Shown: piece after piece, positions 9,003-17,732 of the stretch
How the letters are laid out: each line of letters starts with the position of its first letter
Numbering within the stretch: the first letter of the stretch is position 1
Assembly (NCBI GenBank): GCA_964564925.1
Contig: CAZMBY010000002.1
Span: 10,028 to 74,027 of the forward strand
Source of the DNA: an uncultured Methanosarcinales archaeon
GTDB taxonomy: Archaea; Nanobdellota; Nanobdellia; Woesearchaeales; GW2011-AR4
Reading direction: 5' to 3'
DNA: 64,000 nt
Program-made: the position numbers and the translations under genes
The notes under the pieces: model-generated
Seen by the model: the letters and a program-made list of their open reading frames with translations, nothing else
Told to the model about the DNA's origin: nothing
The model's database searches: none

Positions 9003-10895
9003 ATGAGAAAAATAATGATTTTTTTATCCTGTTTTATTTTTTTATCTATTATTTCTAATGTTTTTAATCCACCAGTTTATGGTGCAGAAGGTGGTGGTGA
9101 TGGTTCAGATGGTGGGGGTAGTGATGATGATGCAGATACTGAATCTTCCCAAGCAGAATCAGGTACTGATCCATGTCTTACCAATCCTTGTTTATGCAGC
9201 ACAGACCCTTGCTGCGGAAGTTGGGACCCTTGCTGTGGAAGTACAGACCCTTGTTGCGGAAGTGTAGATCCATGTTGCGGTAATCCAGACCCATGCTGCG
9301 GAAGCAGTGACCCTTGCTGTGGAAGTACAGACCCTTGTTGCGGAAGTGTAGATCCATGTTGCGGTAATCCAGACCCATGCTGCGGTAATCCAGACCCATG
9401 CTGCGGTAGCTTTGACCCATGCTGCGGTAATCCAGACCCTTGCTGCGGTAGCTTTGACCCATGCTGCGGTAATCCAGACCCTTGTTGCGGTAATCCTGAT
9501 CCATGCTGCGGAAGTGGTAATCCTTGCTGTGGCAACCCAGATCCATGCTGTGGCAACCCAGATCCATGCTGCGGTAATCCAGACCCTTGTTGCGGAAGTG
9601 TAGATCCATGCTGCGGAGGAATATGCTCATGCACAACTGCAGCAGATTGTGCTCAAAGCCCTTGCCAAATAGAAGCATGCACAGGAGGATTTTGCCAGCC
9701 TGCGCCAAGGGCACTTTGCGATAATACAGAATGTCCAGCCGGTCAATATTGTGACAGTACAGGAATCTGCATGGCTCCTGATTCATCTAAATCTGTTTGC
9801 GCGAATTGTGTCACAGATCAGACTGTTGGCGTATGGGTCACAGGAAATCATGAAGATGCAGGCATAAAATATTCAACCAACACAAACGTTTTCACAAACC
9901 TTTTCAACAGCAATGGCGCTGCCTGCCCTCCAACCAGCTGCTCAAAGCCAGACTGCCATTGTTATGACACAACCATGGCAGTAGTAAACCATAAGAATCT
10001 TCTTGCAACCGGCCTTTGTTGCGGAAATAATGCAAACGAGTATTACAAGCCAGACTGGTATGGGGGAGAATGTGTATCAAATATCAATTTTTGCGTGTGG
10101 TCAACTGGAGACGCTCAAAAAAGCGGCTCCGGAAATGCAGAGTGGTGGTGTTATAATCACGAATGGGCTCAATGCAATGACGCCAGCCTTTGCACATCCA
10201 CAAATAATGGGTTGATGAGATGTTATGGCGTTGTTGGCAATAACGCATGGACCCCCTCATCATCTATATTGCCAGAAGATCAGACCTCATGTAGCGACGG
10301 AATTGATAATGACTGCGATAACTTGATCGATTGCGAAGACCCTGACTGTTATGGCACTGTTTTTGGCAATGTCCATGATAAGGCACAAATTGGCATTTCC
10401 TATGTAACAGTTAAATCAGTTTTTGGCAACACTATAAAGTATGATACTACTGACAGTAACGGCGATTATAACGTATATGCGTGTGGCACTGTGGACCTCA
10501 CTACAACTCATAAAAATTATTTGCCCTCTGGCAAAGATGACGTTGTAGTACCTCCAAAAGCAAATGTCAGGGTAGATTTCACATTAATTCTTGGAAGCGC
10601 TTGTGAAGATGATTGCACGTATTTGAATGATAATATAGTTCATGCCGAATGCGACGGAATAAACAATTGCAAGTTCTGCGATTCTACTGCCAGAGCTGTA
10701 TGCGACTTATCACAACCGGGATGGGTAAGGGATTACAATGAATTCAACTATGTTGTTTGCGGCGAAGGCTGCCCGCAACTTAAAGTCGAGACAAAGGCAA
10801 GCGTAACCTGTGAAAGCGGAACTTTGGTAAAGGTGACAAGGATTGTAAGCTACAAAGGAAAGCCAGTCAGGTTAGTAGTTGCCACATGCGGATAA
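9003..10895 (+). CDS. Secreted cysteine-rich protein with DPCCGxx heptad array, DNDCD-type motif and CarboxypepD_reg-like domain
   Basis: ATG 9003 follows an aaaggggg SD; the TTG at 8970 lies inside the TATA box tttatata (8961..8968). Signal peptide MRKIMIFLSCFIFLSIISNVF. Also contains 20 heptads, CSDGIDNDCDNLIDCEDPDC, and GTVFGNVHD...YDTTDSNGDYNV. Confidence 0.85.
   Translation: MRKIMIFLSCFIFLSIISNVFNPPVYGAEGGGDGSDGGGSDDDADTESSQAESGTDPCLTNPCLCSTDPCCGSWDPCCGSTDPCCGSVDPCCGNPDPCCGSSDPCCGSTDPCCGSVDPCCGNPDPCCGNPDPCCGSFDPCCGNPDPCCGSFDPCCGNPDPCCGNPDPCCGSGNPCCGNPDPCCGNPDPCCGNPDPCCGSVDPCCGGICSCTTAADCAQSPCQIEACTGGFCQPAPRALCDNTECPAGQYCDSTGICMAPDSSKSVCANCVTDQTVGVWVTGNHEDAGIKYSTNTNVFTNLFNSNGAACPPTSCSKPDCHCYDTTMAVVNHKNLLATGLCCGNNANEYYKPDWYGGECVSNINFCVWSTGDAQKSGSGNAEWWCYNHEWAQCNDASLCTSTNNGLMRCYGVVGNNAWTPSSSILPEDQTSCSDGIDNDCDNLIDCEDPDCYGTVFGNVHDKAQIGISYVTVKSVFGNTIKYDTTDSNGDYNVYACGTVDLTTTHKNYLPSGKDDVVVPPKANVRVDFTLILGSACEDDCTYLNDNIVHAECDGINNCKFCDSTARAVCDLSQPGWVRDYNEFNYVVCGEGCPQLKVETKASVTCESGTLVKVTRIVSYKGKPVRLVVATCG
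9204..9623 (+). repeat. 20 tandem copies of a 21-bp unit encoding DPCCG-x-x
   Basis: Units counted directly from 9204 (gacccttgctgcggaagttgg) to 9623. Units 2-4 (9225..9287) are identical at nucleotide level to units 6-8 (9309..9371). Confidence 0.95.
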
Positions 10896-10947
10896 ATCCA
10901 ATTGATTCATTTTACTTGCAGTAAAAATCCAAAATAATAAAAATAAT

Positions 10948-11316
10948 ATGCGCCAGGAAATTCATAAGCACAAAAGAAAAAAGAAATTCAGATTTTATGA
11001 AGTTGCCCTAGTTGTTATGATCCTCGTTTTTGCAGTTTTTGTCTTGCTCTACGACAAGGTAAGCGTAAAGCAGCAGAGCGAAGCAGACAGGATAGCAAAT
11101 GTCATGGTTGATGATCATCCTGCAAGCCTTGCAACCAACGGTATAATAGATGATTCTAAATTTGAGGAGATTAGGAATATTGATTACAAAGAATTAAAGG
11201 AAGCGATTGGGGTAAAAGGGGATTTTTGCATCTATTTAGAAGATGGCAATGGCCAGACCATCATGTCAAAAGGCTCCTCCAAACTGAGAAATGATGGAAT
11301 TGAGTGCACGGAATAA
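10948..11316 (+). CDS. Small membrane-anchored protein, paralog of 12455..12841
   Basis: N-terminal TM VALVVMILVFAVFVLLY. Shares the block GIIDxxK...Y.E.KE....DFCIY.ED.NG with the 128-aa ORF. Confidence 0.6.
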   Translation: MRQEIHKHKRKKKFRFYEVALVVMILVFAVFVLLYDKVSVKQQSEADRIANVMVDDHPASLATNGIIDDSKFEEIRNIDYKELKEAIGVKGDFCIYLEDGNGQTIMSKGSSKLRNDGIECTE

Positions 11317-11377
11317 TAATCCTCAACTTTTTAGACTCCAACCAATTTTTCAGGATAAGCCAGCAAATTTTAAAAAC

Positions 11378-11392
11378 GGAAAGATTTAAATA
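11378..11392 (+). promoter_or_regulatory. BRE/TATA promoter for the MNT-HEPN operon
   Basis: ggaaagatttaaata. TATA starts at 11385, 32 nt before ATG 11417 (leaderless). Confidence 0.5.
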
Positions 11393-11416
11393 CTAATTGT
11401 ATTAAATTCGATACGT

Positions 11417-11998
11417 ATGTACCGAAAAAGGAACGATAGAATGAAAATAATTGCATTATACGCTGGAGATTACAAAAGGGAGTACTATCTGAGGGAAATA
11501 AGCAAAACTGCAAAAATTCCCTTGCAAACAACACAGAGGCAGCTTGCAGAACTTGATAGGGATAAAATTCTAAAAACCTCTATCAGCGGCAAGAACAAGT
11601 ATTTTGCACTTAATTTAGACAACCCAAACACCAAGCTTGCCCTGCTTCAGTCAGAACTCTGTAAAACTGAACAATTCCTAGATAGATACACAACATTCAA
11701 AACTTTTGTCAGGGCGATTAAAAGCAACAGCCTTATAGTAATTTTTGGCAGCTTTGCCAAATTTAGTGCTGATAAAAATTCGGACTTGGATTTACTGATT
11801 GTACCCAAAGAAAAAGAAAAGCTGCCTTACCACTTGCTGGGTTACAAGATTCATGAGATAGAATTGTCTGAATCAAGCTTTGTCAAATCTGTGCAAAACA
11901 GGGAAACCATAATCAAGGAAATTGAAGGGAACCACATAATCTTAAATAATCATTCCTTTTACGTGAATGTGATGTGGACTAACTATGGCACAAAATAG
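11417..11998 (+). CDS. wHTH + minimal nucleotidyltransferase (MNT) domain protein
   Basis: N-terminal wHTH-like segment YYLREISKTAKIPLQTTQRQLAELDRDKILK. NTase signature IVIFGSFAKFSADKNSDLDLLIV (G-S ... D-x-D). Confidence 0.8.
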   Translation: MYRKRNDRMKIIALYAGDYKREYYLREISKTAKIPLQTTQRQLAELDRDKILKTSISGKNKYFALNLDNPNTKLALLQSELCKTEQFLDRYTTFKTFVRAIKSNSLIVIFGSFAKFSADKNSDLDLLIVPKEKEKLPYHLLGYKIHEIELSESSFVKSVQNRETIIKEIEGNHIILNNHSFYVNVMWTNYGTK

Positions 11999-12458
11999 TT
12001 TGAGATGGTGCTTCAAGCTCAAGGATGGCTTAAGGGTAACAGAGCCGAATGAAAGATTGGCAAAGTCATACCTTGAAGAAGCTAAACTGTCATTGGCTAG
12101 GGCGCAAAAGAATTTTGAAGACAAAGACCTTCTTTGGACTACAGTTGTCCTTTATTATTCTGAGTATTATTCACTTTACTCTTTTTTGCAAAGAATTGGA
12201 GTAAAATGTGAAAATCATTTGTGCTCTATTATTGCTGCTGGATTCCTGCTTGGAGAGAGCAAGATAAAAGTTATTATGGAGCATAAAGACAAGAGAGTAG
12301 ACGCACAGTACTATATGAAAATAGGAAAGGAAAATGAGGTTATGCAAATGCTTTTGGATGCTAAATTATTTGTAAGCATGTTCGAGGAAATAACTTTAAG
12401 CATCAGTCAAGAAGAAATTAAGGATTGTAGGGATAAATTAAAAAGAGGATTACCATGA
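11985..12458 (+). CDS. HEPN domain protein (partner of the MNT)
   Basis: Overlaps the MNT gene by 14 nt. Helical HEPN-like N-terminus LAKSYLEEAKLSLARAQKNFEDKDLLWTTVVLYYSEYYSLYSFL. The motif position reads KRVDAQYY, i.e. R-x4-Y rather than the canonical R-x4-6-H. Confidence 0.65.
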   Translation: MAQNSLRWCFKLKDGLRVTEPNERLAKSYLEEAKLSLARAQKNFEDKDLLWTTVVLYYSEYYSLYSFLQRIGVKCENHLCSIIAAGFLLGESKIKVIMEHKDKRVDAQYYMKIGKENEVMQMLLDAKLFVSMFEEITLSISQEEIKDCRDKLKRGLP

Positions 12459-12841
12459 ATTCAAGATCCCAGTCATGGTCGATTGACATAACATTGGCTG
12501 TTGCTGTATTCATGATTGCCTTCTTCCTTTTTTATGGATTCCTCAACAGCAGCTCCGATACGAAAACCAGCTCATTAAAAGATGCAGCGTCAATACTGAG
12601 CAGGCAAATTGCATCAGAAAACACAGCCCTTGGGATAATAGACAATAAAGAGATTAATGCCAGCAAAGCCTCCAAATTGAAGAGCATGGGCTATGAACAG
12701 ATAAAGGAACAGCTCAGGATTGAGGATGATTTTTGCATCTATGTTGAGGATGAAAACGGCAACCTTGTATTGATAGACGACTCAATTTCAGGCATAGGGT
12801 CGCCTGGGATAAGCATAAGCGGAACATCGTGCAGCACATGA
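12455..12841 (+). CDS. Small pilin-like membrane-anchored protein, paralog of 10948..11316
   Basis: ATGA overlap with the HEPN stop. N-terminus SRSQSWSIDITLAVAVFMIAFF resembles a class III signal peptide. Carries the C-terminal DFCIYVEDENG block. Confidence 0.6.
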   Translation: MNSRSQSWSIDITLAVAVFMIAFFLFYGFLNSSSDTKTSSLKDAASILSRQIASENTALGIIDNKEINASKASKLKSMGYEQIKEQLRIEDDFCIYVEDENGNLVLIDDSISGIGSPGISISGTSCST

Positions 12842-13018
12842 TAAGATTACAAATGGCTTCGTCCAAAAATTCGCATTCGCTCAGGTTAGCAGCTTCAAAT
12901 CCATTAAAATCTTTAGGTTACAACGTATCGGGGCCCTTGTTATATTCTTTGCCAGTTACGTAGTTCTGGCAAATTTTGACCGAAAAGTTTTCTGGCAGCC
13001 GTCACTAAATACTTAAAG

Positions 13019-13726
13019 TCACCGCCCCTTTTTTATATTTTTAAATTTATCTAGTATATAGAATACAAAACAAGAAACTAAATAAGATATCAAAATAGCC
13101 CCAATGATAATCACAGCAAGTATCGCACCTTCCAATCCAACATAACCAGGTGTTCTTTTCTCAAAAGAGGGGAATGTTGTTTTGTAATTTAATATAACTA
13201 TCACAGAGATTATAATTAGTATTAAAGACAATATAAAAATTCCAAATGATGCTTTAAAAAATCGTATTGGAGTCTCTGTTTTTACATATTCCCTAACTTT
13301 ATTTTTTCTTCTATATAAGTCAGAAACTATTCCTGGCGTAAAAATCAAAATTAGCCCAATAGATTCGCCTAAAAATACATCTAAAAACAATTCTAGGGAG
13401 ATTGCCCTTCCTTCAATAATAAATCCAATAAGAATAAAAAGTCTATTTAAAATAATGAAGAACAGAAGAATCCACCAACAAACGTTCTCTTTGAAAAATT
13501 TGGTTTTTTTGGATACTTTATCTAATGCTTTATAACTAAAGAAAAAAAATATTGCTAATGCAAATAATTGTCCGATAAAAGATAAGATTATTTTAGCGAC
13601 TTCATTGTCATCAAAAAAAAGAACACCTGCTGTGCCAAATATCACTATGGTAATCAATGATAATAAAAATATTATTGGAGAGTATATTAATGCATATTTT
13701 AGATGAATTTTATTATCTGCTTCCAT
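13019..13726 (-). CDS. Polytopic membrane protein, very AT-rich, family not recognised
   Basis: ORF track 13019..13789 starts at TTG. ATG 13726 lies exactly 30 nt after a canonical TATA (minus strand, 13756..13749). About 6 TM helices. Confidence 0.6.
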   Translation of the reverse strand: MEADNKIHLKYALIYSPIIFLLSLITIVIFGTAGVLFFDDNEVAKIILSFIGQLFALAIFFFFSYKALDKVSKKTKFFKENVCWWILLFFIILNRLFILIGFIIEGRAISLELFLDVFLGESIGLILIFTPGIVSDLYRRKNKVREYVKTETPIRFFKASFGIFILSLILIIISVIVILNYKTTFPSFEKRTPGYVGLEGAILAVIIIGAILISYLVSCFVFYILDKFKNIKKGR

Positions 13727-13748
13727 TAGATGTTTATTAGATAGTATA

Positions 13749-13761
13749 TATTTAAAGTTAT
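13749..13761 (-). promoter_or_regulatory. BRE/TATA promoter (minus strand)
   Basis: Minus strand reads ataactttaaata. TATA is 30 nt before ATG 13726. Confidence 0.5.
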
Positions 13762-14070
13762 CCAAAAATCTGGGGCGGTGACTATCCAATATTATTTCTC
13801 ATATAATAAGGCTGCCAGAAAATTGAATATAACTGACATTTCCCGTAAGGAACATCCCCTTTGTCAGTAATCCACCCTTATTATAGTAAAAGGCACAAAA
13901 ATTTGAGCAATAAACATGCATTTTACTTATTACGAACGGACAACTATTGCTCAATAGATCTTGTCCGTGACTATAATTAGGATTTGACCTTATGCTGCTA
14001 ACCCATTTTTTGGACAAAGCCTTCCAAAACAAAAAGCATAAATACATACAAATCACAGGCTAAGTTTAAG

Positions 14071-14604
14071 ATGCACATTAAAAAGAGGGGTTTTTTCTTT
14101 ATTTTGGACGCTGTTTTAGGCTTGTTCATTCTGGTGGTCGGAGTTTTTTTAGTGACATCTTCTTATATCACTGCCCCGCAGCAAGCTCAGGTTGCTTTAT
14201 TGTCTGATGACTTCCTTAATTATCTATCAAACACAAAGATAAGGGATCTGAACAATCCTTATGCAGGAATTGGAGGCGAACTTTGGAGCAAAGGAATCAT
14301 AGAGGATGCGGACAACACCTTGCTTCAGCAGATTGGGGAACTTTATGCAAGAAGCGAACTGAACATCTCTGATAAGTTCATTCAAAACGTTTCGAAAGAG
14401 ATCATTCCGCCGCAATACCTGTACGAAGTCTGGATCAACAAATTTATGGTGTATCCCCAGAATGCGACATCAAGCCATAACCTGTCAAAAGCCAATACAA
14501 AATTATTGCTTGTTTCCAAGAAAATCACTTTTGGAGTGCTTAACAGGACAACAAGCACAATGTGGGGGCCTTACCAAGCGGAGGTATTCACATGGCAAAG
14601 GTGA
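14071..14604 (+). CDS. Minor pilin-like protein (class III signal peptide)
   Basis: MHIKKRG|FFFILDAVLGLFILVVGVFLV: basic n-region, R-G, hydrophobic stretch, Asp at +6. Confidence 0.7.
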   Translation: MHIKKRGFFFILDAVLGLFILVVGVFLVTSSYITAPQQAQVALLSDDFLNYLSNTKIRDLNNPYAGIGGELWSKGIIEDADNTLLQQIGELYARSELNISDKFIQNVSKEIIPPQYLYEVWINKFMVYPQNATSSHNLSKANTKLLLVSKKITFGVLNRTTSTMWGPYQAEVFTWQR

Positions 14605-15578
14605 TAAGGGGAAAGAAGGGAATATTTTTCACCTTCATTGCAATTACAATAGTCACTCTCTTCATTTTGCTCTATACCCCTCAATCAGACATTTCATTGC
14701 AAAAAGACAAGCAATCAGTCACAGCAAGAATCAGCTCGGTTGATGAATACGTATCAGAGTTGGAAGGAAGCTATTTTGAGACAGCCCTTAAGTCTTCAGG
14801 CTTTAAGGCGGTTCAATCTCTTATATTCTACATGAACAAGACTGGAAAGTTCCTTAATGAACTGGACCCGGTATTTTACGAAGTAATGCTTAATGGCACT
14901 ATAGGAAACATCCCTATAGACTCGATAACAGGAAAAGCGATAATGGAGGATAACACACTGAGGAACTGGAGTGATAAAATATCACAAGCGGCAAAAGACA
15001 CACTGAATGTCAATACAACAATAACATTCATAAATGCTTCTGTCCGCTCTGTGACATCAAAGGAAATTGAGCCCCAGCTTGTATTCAATATTGCAGTCAA
15101 ATCAAGCGTTGCAGACTGGAATAAAAACGCCATTGTTTCCACTCGCTTTAGCATTGAAGGATTTTACGATCCTTATTATTTAGTCAACACAAACGGTGAA
15201 TACACAAACCAAATAACAGTTTCAAATGTTGAATTCAACGGCTGGAATTCCTCAATTGTTAGGGAGCATCTGAGAAATGGAACATATGTTCACTGGGTAA
15301 GCTCAAATGCGCCTGATTTCTTGGGCAGGTTTACCAACTCAACAGCCAATTCAAGCTGCTGCGGCATTGAATCATTCGTCAATCCAACAAAAATAAGCCC
15401 GAGCGACACTTATGAAGATTATGTAGATTACTTGTACTGGGGGCACGCCTTCCTGAACAATTGCACGGTTCTTTACAATATAACAGGATTATGGGACGAG
15501 TTTATGTACTTTAAGCTGGACTTTGACAGTGTTTTGCTGTACAACATATCATTGTCAGAGGCAATAAAGACATGTTAG
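14592..15578 (+). CDS. Minor pilin-like protein (class III signal peptide)
   Basis: ATG 14592 has GGAGGT 8 nt upstream and overlaps the upstream gene by 13 nt. N-terminus MAKVIRGKKG|IFFTFIAITIVTLFILL. Confidence 0.7.
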   Translation: MAKVIRGKKGIFFTFIAITIVTLFILLYTPQSDISLQKDKQSVTARISSVDEYVSELEGSYFETALKSSGFKAVQSLIFYMNKTGKFLNELDPVFYEVMLNGTIGNIPIDSITGKAIMEDNTLRNWSDKISQAAKDTLNVNTTITFINASVRSVTSKEIEPQLVFNIAVKSSVADWNKNAIVSTRFSIEGFYDPYYLVNTNGEYTNQITVSNVEFNGWNSSIVREHLRNGTYVHWVSSNAPDFLGRFTNSTANSSCCGIESFVNPTKISPSDTYEDYVDYLYWGHAFLNNCTVLYNITGLWDEFMYFKLDFDSVLLYNISLSEAIKTC

Positions 15579-15679
15579 TTGCCACTCATAAAAAATAACT
15601 AAAGTTTATAAATAATATAGAACGGGAATGACATTGGATTAAAAATCAGCCAATTTGGCTTGTAATTCGCAAAATTGGA

Positions 15680-16684
15680 GTGAAATTGGAATACGAAAAC
15701 GATCTTGGCTATGATGACCATGAAGTTGTCATGTCAAAACTAAAAAAGCTTATTGAACAGAGGAGCAGTGCAGAGGAAAGCATGGAATTGCCTGTTTTGC
15801 ACGAAGAAATTCCGGAAGATGCAGGGCAAAAAACTCAAACAGCTGAGCCTAACCCAACTGTTCCACATCCCTACCATCCAATCCCATCACAAAAAGGACA
15901 GCCTGCAAACAATATGCAAGAAGAATTAATGCACGAAGAAAAGTTTGGCGCTTCAGAATTTGAGCAGGCTGCGCTAAAGTTTGATCTCAAGATGCCCTCT
16001 ATATCTTTCCTGGACATAGATTCAGAGCAGCATGCCGGCATGGAATTCGCGAATACCCCTAAGCCCGCAAGCAAAAGCACAGGCGCTCACTCTCAGCCAA
16101 AAATGGAGCCTTTTGGAGATTTCTACAAGCCTGTTGAGGCGCCTGAGCATGATAGCAACAGATACATTGAAAACGCAACAGCCAGCAGCAGCTCAGCAAA
16201 TCAAGAGCTCAGCAGCAATTCATCAGCTGTCCATGAGAAGCCAGACTTTGTCCTTAGAACAGTGGCAGACGACCTTTTGGATTTGGTCAGGAAAAGCGGC
16301 AAGATATCAGTTGAAAATGCTGCAAAAAAGCTGAAACTGCCCTTAGAAACCGTCCAGTCTTTGGCGGATTTTCTGGTTGAGGAAAGGATTTTTGGAATTG
16401 AGTACAGGTTTACGACACCATACATTTATATTTACAAAGAAGGAATAAAAGAAGCGAAAGGGCGGGACAAGCTGATAACAAGCAATCTGATCACGAAAGA
16501 GCAGTTTTATGAAAAAGCGAAGGCAAAAAATGTACCATATGAAAGCATTGAAGGGATGTGGAAAAAGTACCTTCGGGAAAATATGGTCCATATAAATGAG
16601 CAATTCCTGAAGAAATGCAGGGAGAAGGGAGTTCCAAAAGAAAAAGTAAATGAACTTTGGGAAAAATACCTTTCGTACCTTTAG
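15680..16684 (+). CDS. Acidic cytoplasmic protein with wHTH-like segment, pilus-locus associated
   Basis: Start uncertain (GTG 15680 or ATG 15731). Low-complexity acidic N-terminal half, then DLLDLVRKSGKISVENAAKKLKLPLETVQSLADFLVEERIFGIEY. Confidence 0.6.
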   Translation: MKLEYENDLGYDDHEVVMSKLKKLIEQRSSAEESMELPVLHEEIPEDAGQKTQTAEPNPTVPHPYHPIPSQKGQPANNMQEELMHEEKFGASEFEQAALKFDLKMPSISFLDIDSEQHAGMEFANTPKPASKSTGAHSQPKMEPFGDFYKPVEAPEHDSNRYIENATASSSSANQELSSNSSAVHEKPDFVLRTVADDLLDLVRKSGKISVENAAKKLKLPLETVQSLADFLVEERIFGIEYRFTTPYIYIYKEGIKEAKGRDKLITSNLITKEQFYEKAKAKNVPYESIEGMWKKYLRENMVHINEQFLKKCREKGVPKEKVNELWEKYLSYL

Positions 16685-16690
16685 CAAAAA

Positions 16691-17698
16691 ATGAACATAG
16701 ACGAATTTTTGGAAAGGGAAATAGTTGATTTGGGCATGGAAAGCGGGAAGAATGTGAACGTTGAAGCGCCCATAGAGTCTCAGGTATTCAAGGAAGAATC
16801 TGCAGCGTCCACATCATTTGAAGCGATAAAATCCAGCCTTGGCAGCAATGATCTGGATTCGGTTGAAAAGTCTTACGCCCAGCTATGGCAGGCCCTCTTG
16901 GATCAAAAGCTGAAGTGGAACAAAGGATTATACGACCAGCTTTTGTTATTGAATCGGCATTTTAACGCTTCCATCAATTATGCCCAGAATGATATCAGAA
17001 AGAAAGCAGACCAGATATATGATTTGATAAGCAGCGCAAGAATTGCATTAAGGGAGGGGAAAAAAGAAGTTTCATTTAGGATATATTCACAGATTACGGA
17101 ATTAAGCAACACCATCCCTCACTCATTTTTCGAGGAAAAAAAGGTCATCAACGAGCAGATTTCAGTCTTTTATAAGGAATTGAAGAATGCTGTAGACAAT
17201 GACTTAATAAAAAGGGTGTTCATGCTTGTTCAGGAAATATTCCATTTAATTGACAAAGCCGGCATTTCTGTTAATGCCGGGGATATACCATCAGCGATCA
17301 CCTGCTACAATAAGTGTGTTGAGCTGTTTAGCCAAATACCGGAAGGCTTTTTGAAGCACAAGAATTCTGCAGGCATGCGCCTTTTGGAAGTTTACAGGGT
17401 TATCAGCATTTACAATGAGATGATAAATTTGCAGCAGCTGCTGTCAAACAGGCAGCCAGCGCCAAGAAGCGAGATGAGACCTCGACAGCCGTCAATGAAT
17501 GCACCCTACAAAGAAGGTCAGGAATCAGGGCATCTATCAAGGGCATTATTTTTGCAGGAAAGGAATGACAGCGCAAGGATGAACATTGAAAAGGGTTTAT
17601 ACGGAGAGGCCACAAGGGACATAGAAGAAGCGCTCAGGCTCGCCCCTGACGATATCGAGGCAAAGGCGCTTCAGGCAAAAATAAAAACTTTGCGGTAA
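16691..17698 (+). CDS. Helical hypothetical protein with TPR-like C-terminus, pilus-locus associated
   Basis: Starts 7 nt after the upstream stop. C-terminus EKGLYGEATRDIEEALRLAPDDIEAKALQAKIKTL. Confidence 0.6.
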   Translation: MNIDEFLEREIVDLGMESGKNVNVEAPIESQVFKEESAASTSFEAIKSSLGSNDLDSVEKSYAQLWQALLDQKLKWNKGLYDQLLLLNRHFNASINYAQNDIRKKADQIYDLISSARIALREGKKEVSFRIYSQITELSNTIPHSFFEEKKVINEQISVFYKELKNAVDNDLIKRVFMLVQEIFHLIDKAGISVNAGDIPSAITCYNKCVELFSQIPEGFLKHKNSAGMRLLEVYRVISIYNEMINLQQLLSNRQPAPRSEMRPRQPSMNAPYKEGQESGHLSRALFLQERNDSARMNIEKGLYGEATRDIEEALRLAPDDIEAKALQAKIKTLR

Positions 17699-17732
17699 TC
17701 CCCGCATAAAGCGTGGGAAAGGGAAATGCAAA

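Larger units (their letters stand above)
13017..13783. repeat. 12-bp GC-rich inverted repeat bracketing one promoter+gene unit
   Basis: agtcaccgcccc at 13017..13028 and its exact reverse complement ggggcggtgact at 13772..13783. The left arm overlaps the stop codon; the right arm sits just upstream of the BRE/TATA. Confidence 0.7.

Noticed and set aside
9204-9623. CRISPR-like appearance of a short regular repeat.
   Set aside because: The units are contiguous 21-mers with no spacers, they lie in-frame in a coding sequence, and no cas genes are present.
9058-9786. ORFs 9058..9267(+), 9412..9603(+), 9077..9634(-) and 9178..9786(-), which overlap the DPCCG array.
   Set aside because: They are alternative-frame or antisense readings of the 21-bp tandem repeat (periodic QHGSGLP- and RSMDL-type translations). 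They lack starts with signals. The frame with a signal peptide and downstream domains is the real gene.
12842-13018. tRNA or other structured RNA in the intergenic gaps 12842..13018, 26393..26615 and 38251..39083.
   Set aside because: Reading by eye found no cloverleaf-compatible acceptor/T-arm pairing or GTTC-type box. Only a short GCCAG...CTGGC hairpin was seen, near 12950..12970. This cannot be excluded without a covariance-model scan.
13799-14056. 85-aa ORF between the IR-bracketed cassette and the pilin gene.
   Set aside because: It has no promoter or SD. Its composition is odd (Cys/Phe/Tyr-rich). It overlaps the predicted promoter of the 14071 gene. It is probably non-coding.
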